From the IMG/VR virus record IMGVR_UViG_3300010403_000705, positions 368,845 to 432,844 of that record: 64,000 bases of DNA, one strand, 5' to 3'. Position 1 is the stretch's first letter, and every line of letters starts with the position of its first letter. The notes beneath the pieces were generated by a model. That model worked only from the letters and a program-made list of their open reading frames with translations. It ran no database searches and was not told where the DNA came from. Made by a program: the position numbers and the translations under genes. Positions 54,120-63,440 of this stretch are shown here, piece after piece.

Positions 54120-54209
54120 GGAAAGTTGTCCGAGTGGTCTATGGAGATTGTTTGCTAAACAATTGGAGCGTAACAGCTCCCACAGGTTCGAATCCTGTAC
54201 TTTCCACCA
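54120..54209 (+). tRNA. tRNA-Ser(GCT)
   Basis: Loop TTGCTAA, long variable arm, CCA (A73). Confidence 0.9.
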
Positions 54210-54212
54210 TAT

Positions 54213-54286
54213 AGGTGTCTGGTGTAACGGCAACATAACTGTTTCCAACTCAGTAGATACGGGTTCAATTCCTGTGACATCTGCCA
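54213..54286 (+). tRNA. tRNA-Trp(CCA)
   Basis: Loop TTCCAAC, G73, CCA. Confidence 0.88.
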
Positions 54287-54334
54287 ATTTTTATTGTGTA
54301 TTACATTATTTTATATCAAAGGAAGAAATTGTTA

Positions 54335-54703
54335 ATGAAAAAGTTACTGGCTACTGCATTTATGTGTTTTATGGTTGTAGGTTGTTCTGGCGGCATGAAT
54401 GATGGTTGTGCTGGTTGGTCTGCCAAGGAAGTAACTGGATCTGGACAAGTTAAAAGGGTATGGAAAGAAACCCCAATTATTTGCCCTGATTACCATATGA
54501 TAGATATTTCTTTAGGTATTATGCGCAATGGGATTGGATCAATGAGTGGTCATGACATGTTTTTGTACCTTCCAGATAAAGATGTAGCAGGACTAAAAAA
54601 AGCCGCAGAAGATAGTAGTATCATAGATTTTACATATGATCGACGTCGTTTTAGTTGGTGTGCTAATAGTGATCGTATGACTTCTTTTAAAATTCAGAAA
54701 TAA
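54335..54703 (+). CDS. Lipoprotein
   Basis: MKKLL...VVGC lipobox. Confidence 0.7.
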   Translation: MKKLLATAFMCFMVVGCSGGMNDGCAGWSAKEVTGSGQVKRVWKETPIICPDYHMIDISLGIMRNGIGSMSGHDMFLYLPDKDVAGLKKAAEDSSIIDFTYDRRRFSWCANSDRMTSFKIQK

Positions 54704-54727
54704 TTTAATTAAGGATTATAAAATAGC

Positions 54728-55195
54728 ATGAGTACATATAATCAGGATTTAAGTTTATTTATTAATACACTTGAGCAATACGACTGGTTTTGTGATGTCG
54801 AATTAGATGATTTAGGTAGATTTGTTGTGTATGTAGATAGAATGGATCTTAATTTTATAAGGTCAACACCTGACAAAATTGGTGGTCATCATGTTTTGTT
54901 CCATTATATTTCTAGTCAACCTATGTTGAAAGAAAAACAGCCCAACCATATTGTAAATGTAGAAAATTATCCGACAGAGGAATTGGAAACTAATTTAGAT
55001 TCCTTGATTTTTGAACTAGATAGATTAGAAAAAATTTGTGGATCAAATATTTTACAGGATATTTTTTACGAGGTTCACGATGGCAAAAACGCAGTTACTA
55101 ACCTATCAAATAAATTTCCAGAGGTAAGACAAGTATTAGATTCATTATATAATGAGTATGGATTCGACCTGATCTATGAGGAATTAGATGGATGA
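54728..55195 (+). CDS. Hypothetical protein
   Basis: 155 aa ORF. Confidence 0.7.
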   Translation: MSTYNQDLSLFINTLEQYDWFCDVELDDLGRFVVYVDRMDLNFIRSTPDKIGGHHVLFHYISSQPMLKEKQPNHIVNVENYPTEELETNLDSLIFELDRLEKICGSNILQDIFYEVHDGKNAVTNLSNKFPEVRQVLDSLYNEYGFDLIYEELDG

Positions 55196-55484
55196 TTGTA
55201 TCACTTCAATATTTGAATTAGTATATGATTTATTAAAATCATATAATGTGGTTGATTTAAATAAAAAAGTTTTTGTAGCGCAAGCTAATAAAATATTTAA
55301 TGGTCAACAAAAAATTAAATATGTAGATTTAGGTTACTTATACTTTTATATTAATCGCCCTCTTTATTTATATGTGGGACAAAGTAATAAAAGGTGTATG
55401 AGAAAATTGCCAATTGCTGAGACTAATAATCAAATAGATGAGGTAATAATGAAACGTTTTAGAAGATTAAAAGCATTTTGGTGA
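55188..55484 (+). CDS. Hypothetical protein with C-terminal F-x motif
   Basis: IFELVYDLLKSYN...RFRRLKAFW*; paralog of the next gene. Confidence 0.65.
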   Translation: MDDCITSIFELVYDLLKSYNVVDLNKKVFVAQANKIFNGQQKIKYVDLGYLYFYINRPLYLYVGQSNKRCMRKLPIAETNNQIDEVIMKRFRRLKAFW

Positions 55485-55566
55485 ATTATGGGATTATGAA
55501 TGTCCTACTAAAATATAAACATAATTTAGCGGGTGAGACATGCCAAAATAATGAGGTTTGTAACTC

Positions 55567-55872
55567 ATGACCATACCCAGTATAATACTTTCAGAAATTT
55601 ATGATTTGTTATGTAGCTATAATGAATGTCCAAAGATATCCAAAGAAACATTTGTGGGTTGGTATGCCAAAGGTCATATTTACACTATCAGTATTCAATT
55701 AAGAACTTTAGTATTTACATGTGTAAAACCATTTTCTTGTTCTGTAATTCAGGATGATTTGGAGTTATCAAATAATAATACCGAATTAATGCCTCAAAGT
55801 CAGTTAGATGAATTAAACGAAAAACTTTCTTTGTTTTCTTCAAGATTCTATAGAGTAAAAGTTTTTTGGTAA
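55567..55872 (+). CDS. Hypothetical protein with C-terminal F-x motif
   Basis: EIYDLLCSYN...RFYRVKVFW*. Confidence 0.65.
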   Translation: MTIPSIILSEIYDLLCSYNECPKISKETFVGWYAKGHIYTISIQLRTLVFTCVKPFSCSVIQDDLELSNNNTELMPQSQLDELNEKLSLFSSRFYRVKVFW

Positions 55873-55877
55873 ATTAT

Positions 55878-56201
55878 ATGAATAATAAAAAACAAATTCG
55901 TAAAATTTTTCGTGATGCTTGTCTTAGAAGAGATGATTATAAATGTGTCATTTGTGGTATGAAATCATCACAAGAATTGGCAGAAAAAGAGTTAGATGTA
56001 CATCATATTACTAATAGAAAAGATATTGTAAATGGTGGTTATGTTAAAGAAAATGGTATTTCTTTATGCGGCGCCTGTCACATGAAAGCAGAGAGTTTTC
56101 ATTCTACTGGAATTGCTCTTCCTGGATATTCTATAAATGAACTATATGAAGCTATCAAATCTTCTTTAGGAGCAGCTCAATTAGCTAGTTCGAGATTATG
56201 A
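55878..56201 (+). CDS. HNH endonuclease
   Basis: RDDYKCVICG, DVHHI, NGISLCGACH. Confidence 0.85.
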   Translation: MNNKKQIRKIFRDACLRRDDYKCVICGMKSSQELAEKELDVHHITNRKDIVNGGYVKENGISLCGACHMKAESFHSTGIALPGYSINELYEAIKSSLGAAQLASSRL

Positions 56202-56611
56202 AAAATCTTTCGCTTGATGAATTAAAAGAATTATCTATTTTAGATGTTTTAGATTTTTTAAATAAAAAATGTGAATCATATCTAGTAGAGCAACAAGTAA
56301 TAGTACCGTTTAATGTGGCTATGTCATTCTCTTTTAACATCTGTCTTCCATCCGATCTTCCTCTTAGAGAAGATCAAAATGTGAAAGTTTATATTTTCGA
56401 ATTTGTACGACATTATAATAGATCGTATTCTCTAAAAAACATTGATCCAAAGACTGATAAGAGATTTGTTAATGAGATATGGTCAAAATTATTTATATCT
56501 GAAAATTCTGTTAATGATTTAGGATATGTTGCCGAAAATGTATCTATCGATAATTTGTTAGAAATGATAAAATTTACAGCCCGTCTATCTAGAATTAAAA
56601 TATTTGAATAG
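56198..56611 (+). CDS. Hypothetical protein with C-terminal F-x motif
   Basis: D.RF...W; ends ARLSRIKIFE*; related to 57120..57506. Confidence 0.65.
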   Translation: MKNLSLDELKELSILDVLDFLNKKCESYLVEQQVIVPFNVAMSFSFNICLPSDLPLREDQNVKVYIFEFVRHYNRSYSLKNIDPKTDKRFVNEIWSKLFISENSVNDLGYVAENVSIDNLLEMIKFTARLSRIKIFE

Positions 56612-56719
56612 CATTGTTATGATTAATTTAGCATAAGGTATATAGTGTTTTTAAAATTGGAGGTCTACATTATTGTTATTTGTACCTTATAATTATTAAT
56701 TTTTTCATAAGGAGTTCTT

Positions 56720-57058
56720 ATGACTACTCAAGAGTTAAGTTTAGCTAATATCGCTATTACAGATGAAGAATATAATATTCCTTTAGACATTTCAGATATT
56801 ATTTATATCTGTCGCGAATATAATAAATTAGGTTGCCAAGTTCAGAATCAAATTGAAAATATATTAGATATTGGAGTGGCTCAATCTATTGAAAATATGT
56901 GCGTAAAAAGAGAATCACTACCTCATATTAAAAGTTTCCTTCGCAGCATTGTTAAAAATCCATATTTTGGTGATGCAGTATTACAAGCTGAGGAATGTTT
57001 ATATTTAATAGATGAATATGAAACTAAGCATAAAATAATTAATATACAGGTTAATTAA
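56720..57058 (+). CDS. Hypothetical protein
   Basis: 112 aa; SD AAGGAG. Confidence 0.7.
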   Translation: MTTQELSLANIAITDEEYNIPLDISDIIYICREYNKLGCQVQNQIENILDIGVAQSIENMCVKRESLPHIKSFLRSIVKNPYFGDAVLQAEECLYLIDEYETKHKIINIQVN

Positions 57059-57081
57059 ACAACTTATGTAAACAATCTATT

Positions 57082-57114
57082 GAGGAGAGTATTATACTCT
57101 CCTCGTATTTTTTT
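57082..57114 (+). terminator. Rho-independent terminator
   Basis: GAGGAGAGTA/TACTCTCCTC followed by a T-tract. Confidence 0.65.
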
Positions 57115-57119
57115 ATATT

Positions 57120-57506
57120 ATGAATAATACAGATATTATGGAAATTTTAACTAAATTAAAGAAAGTCCCACATAAATCATATTATATTTATTGTGTGGGT
57201 GGATTTATAGTTAAGATATATACGCAACGTATACAAGAGCATCCATCAACAGAATGTGTGGATGAATGCCTTACCAAATACAATATAGTGGATGTGGATC
57301 TATATGAATTAACAAGACGGGATGATCCTCGTTTTATAGAGCATACTATGGTGTATTTAGATAAAGATTTTAGATTTAAGAACTATACTCCCATTAAGTA
57401 TGGTAAGTGGGCGGGATATTCTACTGGATTAGAAATGCCATTAATTTATTTATGTGAATTAATAAAATATCTTCACAGATTATCTAGTTTATCAATCTTT
57501 GGTTAA
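57120..57506 (+). CDS. Hypothetical protein with C-terminal F-x motif
   Basis: Ends IKYLHRLSSLSIFG*. Confidence 0.65.
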   Translation: MNNTDIMEILTKLKKVPHKSYYIYCVGGFIVKIYTQRIQEHPSTECVDECLTKYNIVDVDLYELTRRDDPRFIEHTMVYLDKDFRFKNYTPIKYGKWAGYSTGLEMPLIYLCELIKYLHRLSSLSIFG

Positions 57507-57712
57507 TAAGTGCTTAACAGATAAATATATTTTATCAAATATGATGAATTCATATTTATTGGCACAAATTTCATCATTCTCAGCATTGAAACTGTCAGAT
57601 TTACAGTTATATAATAGCACTAAAAGCTAGAGTAAAAATGCTTTTGTGTTACAGTCAATCATAAAATCTTTAAAAAATTAAAGATTATAACGTTTTTATA
57701 AGTTAAATTAAT

Positions 57713-59794
57713 ATGAAACCTACAAACTTGTCTATAGAAAAATTTAGAAATATTGGTATTATGGCACATATTGATGCTGGTAAAACAACAGTATCAGAGC
57801 GCATATTATTTTATAGTGGACGTATTCATTCTATGGGTGAAGTTCATAACGGTGATACTGTTATGGATGATGATCCTCTTGAAATGAAGCACGGCATCAC
57901 CATTAATTCGGCTGCCACCACTGTGTTTTGGGGCAAAGGTGGAGATATCTATCGTATTAATTTGATTGATACACCTGGTCACATTGATTTTACAGTTGAA
58001 GTTGAAAGATCATTAAGAGTGCTTGATGGTGCTGTATGTGTTCTTGACGGATCCCAAGGTGTTGAACCGCAAACAGAACAAGTATGGAGACAAGCTGATA
58101 AATATAATGTTACTCGTATAATTTTTGTTAATAAGATGGATAAAGTTGGTGCCAGTTTTCAAATGTCTTTGGATTCTTTAAAAGAAAAATTGGGCATTAA
58201 ACCTGTAGCCATTCAATTGCCGGCAGGTGAAGAAGATAAATTCAAAGGTATTTATGATCTGGTTAACATGAAATTAATTTCTTTTGATGAGAAATCTTTA
58301 GGAAGACAATATGATATTTCGGAAATTCCTCTTTCTGCTTTGGAAGAAGTCAAGGCTGCCAGGAATCAAATGATTGAGTCGTTAGCCGATGTTAGTGATT
58401 CTATTATGGAAAAATTTTTGGAGGGTAACCTGAGCGCTATTTCGATTGATGAGATTAAAATTGCTCTTCGTAAAGGTACTATCAACAGAGATTTATATCC
58501 AGTCATGTGTGGATCCGCTCTTCGTAACAAGGGAGTTCAAATGTTATTGGATGCAATAATAGATTATTTACCTTCTCCCATTGATCTGCCAGCTATAGCT
58601 GCGTTATCTAGTACAACAGGTGAAATGTTAAATTTCAAACCAGAAGCTAATGAAAAATTAGCTGCCCTATCTTTTAAGGTCGTTAATGATAAAAATGGTG
58701 ATCTTACATTCATTAGAATTTATTCTGGAACTTTAAGTGCTGGAAGTGTGGTATTTAACTCTACTCGACAACATACAGAACGTATTTCAAAATTGGTTTT
58801 GGTTCATGCTTCAAATAAGAATGAAGAAATAAAATCAGCCGGACCAGGAACTATTGTTGCGGCAGTTGGATTAAAAAATACTTTTACTGGAGACACGTTG
58901 TGTGAAAAGAAAAATCCAATTACCTTGGAGAAGATGGAATTTCCAGAACCAGTAGTAGAATTATCTGTGGAACCAAAAACTAATGCTGACCAAGATAAAT
59001 TATCAGCCGGCTTACAGAAAATGCTTTTATCAGATCCCTCATTGAAAGCGGGTACCAATATTGAAACCGGGCAAACTGTCCTAAAAGGTATGGGCGAGCT
59101 TCATTTGGAGATTGTAGTTGAACGTTTGAAAAGCGTGCATGGTGTTGATGTTAATACTGGTAAACCACAAGTTTCCTATAAAGAAACTATCACTAAGTCA
59201 AGCCAAGCAGATTATAAGTATGTTCGACAATCAGGTGGTAGAGGTCAATATGGTCATGTAGTAATTACTATTACTCCTGCTCCTAGAGGATCTGGATTGA
59301 TTTTTGTTAATGATATTGTAGGAGGAACTATTCCAAAAGAATATGTTCCTGCTGTTGAGAAAGGTATTAAAGGAGCCATGGAAAAAGGTGTATTAGCTGA
59401 TTATCCAGTCGTAGATGTAGAAGTACATCTTGTAGATGGAAGCTATCATAATGTAGACTCAAGTACCAATGCATTCGAAATTGCTGGCTCATTGGCTTTT
59501 CAACAAGCTGCAAAGGGTGCTGGAATGGTTATTTTAGAACCAATTATGGCATTAGAAATTGTAACTCCAGAACAATTTATGGGAGATGTAATTGGTACTG
59601 TTTCATCTAGAGGTGGACATATTAAAGATTCTACTATTAGAGGTAATGCTAGAGTGCTTTCAGCTCAAATGCCATTGAGAAATTTATTTGGTTATACTAC
59701 CGAGCTTCGTGGTAGAACTCAAGGCAGAGCCACACCCTCAGCAATTTTTTCTCACTATGAAGTATGTAATCTAAAATTATCTGAACTGAAATGA
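57713..59794 (+). CDS. fusA: Elongation factor G
   Basis: RNIGIMAHIDAGKTT, DTPGHIDF, NKMD, GMGELHL, QSGGRGQYGHV, SYHNVDSS. Confidence 0.95.
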   Translation: MKPTNLSIEKFRNIGIMAHIDAGKTTVSERILFYSGRIHSMGEVHNGDTVMDDDPLEMKHGITINSAATTVFWGKGGDIYRINLIDTPGHIDFTVEVERSLRVLDGAVCVLDGSQGVEPQTEQVWRQADKYNVTRIIFVNKMDKVGASFQMSLDSLKEKLGIKPVAIQLPAGEEDKFKGIYDLVNMKLISFDEKSLGRQYDISEIPLSALEEVKAARNQMIESLADVSDSIMEKFLEGNLSAISIDEIKIALRKGTINRDLYPVMCGSALRNKGVQMLLDAIIDYLPSPIDLPAIAALSSTTGEMLNFKPEANEKLAALSFKVVNDKNGDLTFIRIYSGTLSAGSVVFNSTRQHTERISKLVLVHASNKNEEIKSAGPGTIVAAVGLKNTFTGDTLCEKKNPITLEKMEFPEPVVELSVEPKTNADQDKLSAGLQKMLLSDPSLKAGTNIETGQTVLKGMGELHLEIVVERLKSVHGVDVNTGKPQVSYKETITKSSQADYKYVRQSGGRGQYGHVVITITPAPRGSGLIFVNDIVGGTIPKEYVPAVEKGIKGAMEKGVLADYPVVDVEVHLVDGSYHNVDSSTNAFEIAGSLAFQQAAKGAGMVILEPIMALEIVTPEQFMGDVIGTVSSRGGHIKDSTIRGNARVLSAQMPLRNLFGYTTELRGRTQGRATPSAIFSHYEVCNLKLSELK

Positions 59795-60018
59795 TATCCT
59801 ATTATTCGATAGATGATAACTACTATCAGATTATTTTTACAAAGAATAGATTAACTATCTGGAAACATAGTGATGTTACCAATAACCATGGTTTTTGGAT
59901 TTATACTGCTAGTGCTAAGATTAAACATGGTAACCTAGACCATAATTGGTCTAGGTCTGTCCCAATAGAACTTAAAAAGTTTTGTGAAAAAATTTTAACA
60001 AATAAGGTATTTTGGTAA
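59791..60018 (+). CDS. Hypothetical protein with C-terminal F-x motif
   Basis: Ends FCEKILTNKVFW*. Confidence 0.65.
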   Translation: MISYYSIDDNYYQIIFTKNRLTIWKHSDVTNNHGFWIYTASAKIKHGNLDHNWSRSVPIELKKFCEKILTNKVFW

Positions 60019-60338
60019 TGTGCACAAGTTGTTTATCTTATACGGTATTAATTTCAAAAGAGACAAAAATTAATTCAGATTCAAGAGTAATTGATTCTCT
60101 AAGAGGTAATGTTAAAGGTGTTATTTTTAATAGAATATATTATAACATTATGCATCCAAAACAATCCTCTTATTGGTGCAATACTTCAGATATAGAATTG
60201 ATGTCAGTCTGTTTGATAAGAAACATCATAGATAACCAAATACAGTGGAATAAATTTGATTATGATCATGAATATCATATGATTTTAAATGGAAAATTTC
60301 TACTGGAAAAATTTAATAAGTTAGTGTTATTTGTATAA
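60018..60338 (+). CDS. Hypothetical protein with C-terminal F-x motif
   Basis: Ends EKFNKLVLFV*. Confidence 0.6.
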   Translation: MCTSCLSYTVLISKETKINSDSRVIDSLRGNVKGVIFNRIYYNIMHPKQSSYWCNTSDIELMSVCLIRNIIDNQIQWNKFDYDHEYHMILNGKFLLEKFNKLVLFV

Positions 60339-60340
60339 TT

Positions 60341-61093
60341 ATGTTATTTATTACTCAACCACGTGTAGGAATTTCTCATAATGAGATTCTAGCTTTACAA
60401 ATCTCAGCCAGAGAATATGGGTGGGATGTAATTCCGGCAGATAGTAGTTGGAGACTTGATGAAGAATTAATAGCCAAAAAACAATTAGGCGTTCCATATG
60501 GTTCACAGATGTTTTGTGAAATTATTGCTCAACAAATGAATTGGAAACTTCATCAAAATGCTTTTGATTGGTTAGCACGATTACCAAAACATTACTTGAA
60601 ACGTCAAGTAGATTTTATGTCATTAAAAGAAGCAAAAAATCTACATGTTAAAAAATTTATTAAACCTGCTGATGATAAATGTTTTGACGCCAAAGTGTAT
60701 GAAGTGGGTACATTTAAACCTTCTGATTTAATATCAGAAGATTATCCAGTCTTAGTTTCTGAAATAGTAAAATGGGATTTAGAATATAGATGTTTTGTTA
60801 AAAATGGCATTGTTTATACTTGGTCTAATTATTTATTTTTTGGTGAAGTAAATGAAAGGAAATATAAGTATATGATTCCTGGAGATGATATCAGACCAGA
60901 TCAATTCGTATTAAATTTATTAAATGAGATTGGTGAAACTCCTAATTGTGTAATTGATATTGGAATTATTCACAATAAAGGTTGGGCGGTAATTGAAACA
61001 AATCCTATTTGGGCATCTGGTATTTATGGATGTGATCCGTATAAAATTATTGAAGCTATGGATGGATCTACTTCATTTTTGGAGAGTAAATGA
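60341..61093 (+). CDS. ATP-grasp protein, R2K-like
   Basis: FIKP, EYRCFV, VIDIG, WAVIETN, SGIYG. Confidence 0.8.
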   Translation: MLFITQPRVGISHNEILALQISAREYGWDVIPADSSWRLDEELIAKKQLGVPYGSQMFCEIIAQQMNWKLHQNAFDWLARLPKHYLKRQVDFMSLKEAKNLHVKKFIKPADDKCFDAKVYEVGTFKPSDLISEDYPVLVSEIVKWDLEYRCFVKNGIVYTWSNYLFFGEVNERKYKYMIPGDDIRPDQFVLNLLNEIGETPNCVIDIGIIHNKGWAVIETNPIWASGIYGCDPYKIIEAMDGSTSFLESK

Positions 61094-61308
61094 CTTACTG
61101 GTTTGAAGAAAAATATGGTATAAGTATTTGTGATCGAGATACGGCAGAAATAATTTTAAAATGGGGACCAGAACTACAATATAAGATGTCCACCTATGTG
61201 GACATTCAAGGGGGTCTAATCATATGGAATCAAGGTAATAGTAAGGGTTTTCCAGCAGAAGCTATTATCTTTTTTAATAAAATAGTGAAAAATAAGGTAT
61301 TTTTGTAA
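61090..61308 (+). CDS. Hypothetical protein with C-terminal F-x motif
   Basis: Ends FNKIVKNKVFL*. Confidence 0.65.
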   Translation: MTYWFEEKYGISICDRDTAEIILKWGPELQYKMSTYVDIQGGLIIWNQGNSKGFPAEAIIFFNKIVKNKVFL

Positions 61309-61581
61309 ATGGAATTTACATTAAATCTTGATAAAAATGAAGTTTATGATATTTATATACATTTAGATCATCTTATAATTCATAAGATAAATAAAGACCA
61401 TACTCTGGGCATTGAGATTTATTTTCAAGTGCCGATTAATAATATAATTCAATGGGAAAATATTTATTCATCACGCCCTTTAGTTGATCTAGCTATTAAT
61501 CCTTATGAAAAAGGAAATTTGCCTCATTATAAAGTAGTGAATTTTTGTAATAAGATAATGAACAATAAAATTTTTTGGTAA
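61309..61581 (+). CDS. Hypothetical protein with C-terminal F-x motif
   Basis: Ends FCNKIMNNKIFW*. Confidence 0.65.
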   Translation: MEFTLNLDKNEVYDIYIHLDHLIIHKINKDHTLGIEIYFQVPINNIIQWENIYSSRPLVDLAINPYEKGNLPHYKVVNFCNKIMNNKIFW

Positions 61582-61588
61582 ATAATCT

Positions 61589-62218
61589 ATGGCGCAAATA
61601 CAATTTGATCAGTTAAGTTACTTTTTGGAAAGTAAAATTTTTATTATTGGAATAGATGAATGTGGATATGGAAGTATTTCTGGTCCACTTTGCGTGGGTG
61701 CAGTTAAAGCTCCTAAAAATTGGTCTATTCCTGGTCTTAAAGATTCCAAACAATTAACTCCCAAGAATCGCGAAATAATGCGTGTACAATTATTAAAATT
61801 GATTGAAAAAAACGTTATTCAATTTCATTTGGCTGAACGCACTAATAAACAAATTGATCAATTTGGTTTAGGAGTAATGTTGAAGGATTGTTATGTCGAA
61901 AATTTTAAAAAATTATATACGGATGACTCATTATTAGTTTGTGATGGAAATTTAAAATTTAATAATCTTGGAGTGGACGATTTAGATAAAGTTTGTATTA
62001 TTAAAGCCGACACTTTGGTCCCATCCGTTATGGCTGCTTCCATCTTAGCGAAAACCTATAGAGATGAAAAAATGAGAGAATTGCATAAGCAATATCCAAT
62101 GTATAATTGGATTGAAAATATGGGGTACTACGGCGCACAAGAAATTCACATTGGTGCCATCCGAAAATATGGATTTTCTCCATTACATCGTTTATCATAT
62201 AAATTAAAAAAGTTATAA
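61589..62218 (+). CDS. rnhB: Ribonuclease HII
   Basis: GIDECGYG.ISGP, DSKQL, DG, KAD...AASILAK..RD, HR.SY. Confidence 0.88.
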   Translation: MAQIQFDQLSYFLESKIFIIGIDECGYGSISGPLCVGAVKAPKNWSIPGLKDSKQLTPKNREIMRVQLLKLIEKNVIQFHLAERTNKQIDQFGLGVMLKDCYVENFKKLYTDDSLLVCDGNLKFNNLGVDDLDKVCIIKADTLVPSVMAASILAKTYRDEKMRELHKQYPMYNWIENMGYYGAQEIHIGAIRKYGFSPLHRLSYKLKKL

Positions 62219-62253
62219 ATACTATCAATAATGAAGGTGTTTTGGTAATAGTT

Positions 62254-63135
62254 ATGAATATTTTATTTCCAGCCAATTTTAATAGTAAAAATCAGATTGA
62301 TGATTCTTGGCAAAAAGAAGCTGAGGCTGCTAAATCTGTTGGATTTGATGTCTCTATTTTGATTGATGGCTATTTTGGATCGCCTATAAAGATCTATAAC
62401 AAAAAGTCTCCTTCTCTATATCGTGGATGGATAGTAACTCCGCAAGTCTATCAAGAGGTAGATTCGTTAGGTGCCGAACTTATTAACTCATATAATAGTT
62501 ATATGTGGTCATATGAATTTCCTAAATGGTACTTATGTCTTGAGGAATATACTCCACATTCATTAATTATTAAAGCTGATGAAATAGTTAAATGTGGACT
62601 TGAAGGAATAACTCCATTAGTGATTGACAATTTTAATTCTCAATCTATTATGATCAAAGATTTTTTGAAGAGTCGCAAACATGAATGGTACGATGCTTGT
62701 TTTATTAGAGATGCCTCCGACAGAACTGAACTTATTAGAGTGATGTCTAATTTTTTCAAACTTCAAGGCAGAGAATTTTATGGTGGTCTAGTGTTTAGAG
62801 AATTCCTTAATCTAAAGAAAATTGGATTTCATCCTAAGAGTAAGATGCCTTTGCCTCTAGAGTTTAGAACGTTTTTTGTGAATGGTAAACCTGTTTTCAC
62901 TACCCCTTATTGGAGTAATGATGTTAGTTATCCAGATAATGTCAACTATCCACCAAATAGTTGGTTAGAAGAAGTTGGAAAGAATGTTAATAGTCCTTTT
63001 GTAGCACTTGATATTGCGCAAGATGAAAATGATAAGTGGTGGGTTATTGAAGTAAATGATGGTGGGATTTCTGGATTGCCATCGCATGTCAATTTAGAAT
63101 CTTTCTATAAAATATTGTATGATCAGTTTCAATAA
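62254..63135 (+). CDS. ATP-grasp protein, R2K-like
   Basis: YRGW, KDFLKSRKHEW, EFRTF, LDIA, WWVIEVNDG. Confidence 0.8.
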   Translation: MNILFPANFNSKNQIDDSWQKEAEAAKSVGFDVSILIDGYFGSPIKIYNKKSPSLYRGWIVTPQVYQEVDSLGAELINSYNSYMWSYEFPKWYLCLEEYTPHSLIIKADEIVKCGLEGITPLVIDNFNSQSIMIKDFLKSRKHEWYDACFIRDASDRTELIRVMSNFFKLQGREFYGGLVFREFLNLKKIGFHPKSKMPLPLEFRTFFVNGKPVFTTPYWSNDVSYPDNVNYPPNSWLEEVGKNVNSPFVALDIAQDENDKWWVIEVNDGGISGLPSHVNLESFYKILYDQFQ

Positions 63136-63194
63136 TTATAATGAATTGGAGAATAAATTAATGCGAAAAGTCTTTAAAAAATAAATGAGTAATT

Positions 63195-63440
63195 ATGGGA
63201 TATCATATTCGTGAAATAAAAAAAGGTAAATTCGGAGATTTTTCTAAAGTCCAAGAAGAATGGGAAGAATTATTGGATGCCTGTGAGCAGAATGCAAAAA
63301 TATTGGAATTAATTGAACTATCGGATTTATATGGAGCCATAGAAGGTTATCTTAATATTAAATATGGAATGACCATGGATGATATTAAGAAAATGTCAGA
63401 TATGACGTCATCTGCGTTTAAAGAAGGAAAAAGAAAATGA
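63195..63440 (+). CDS. MazG-like nucleotide pyrophosphohydrolase
   Basis: KVQEEWEEL...ELSDLY acidic motif. Confidence 0.6.
   Translation: MGYHIREIKKGKFGDFSKVQEEWEELLDACEQNAKILELIELSDLYGAIEGYLNIKYGMTMDDIKKMSDMTSSAFKEGKRK

Noticed and set aside
51702-54402. ORFs 51702..51989(-), 54072..54287(-) and 54148..54402(+)
   Set aside because: Overlap tRNA genes
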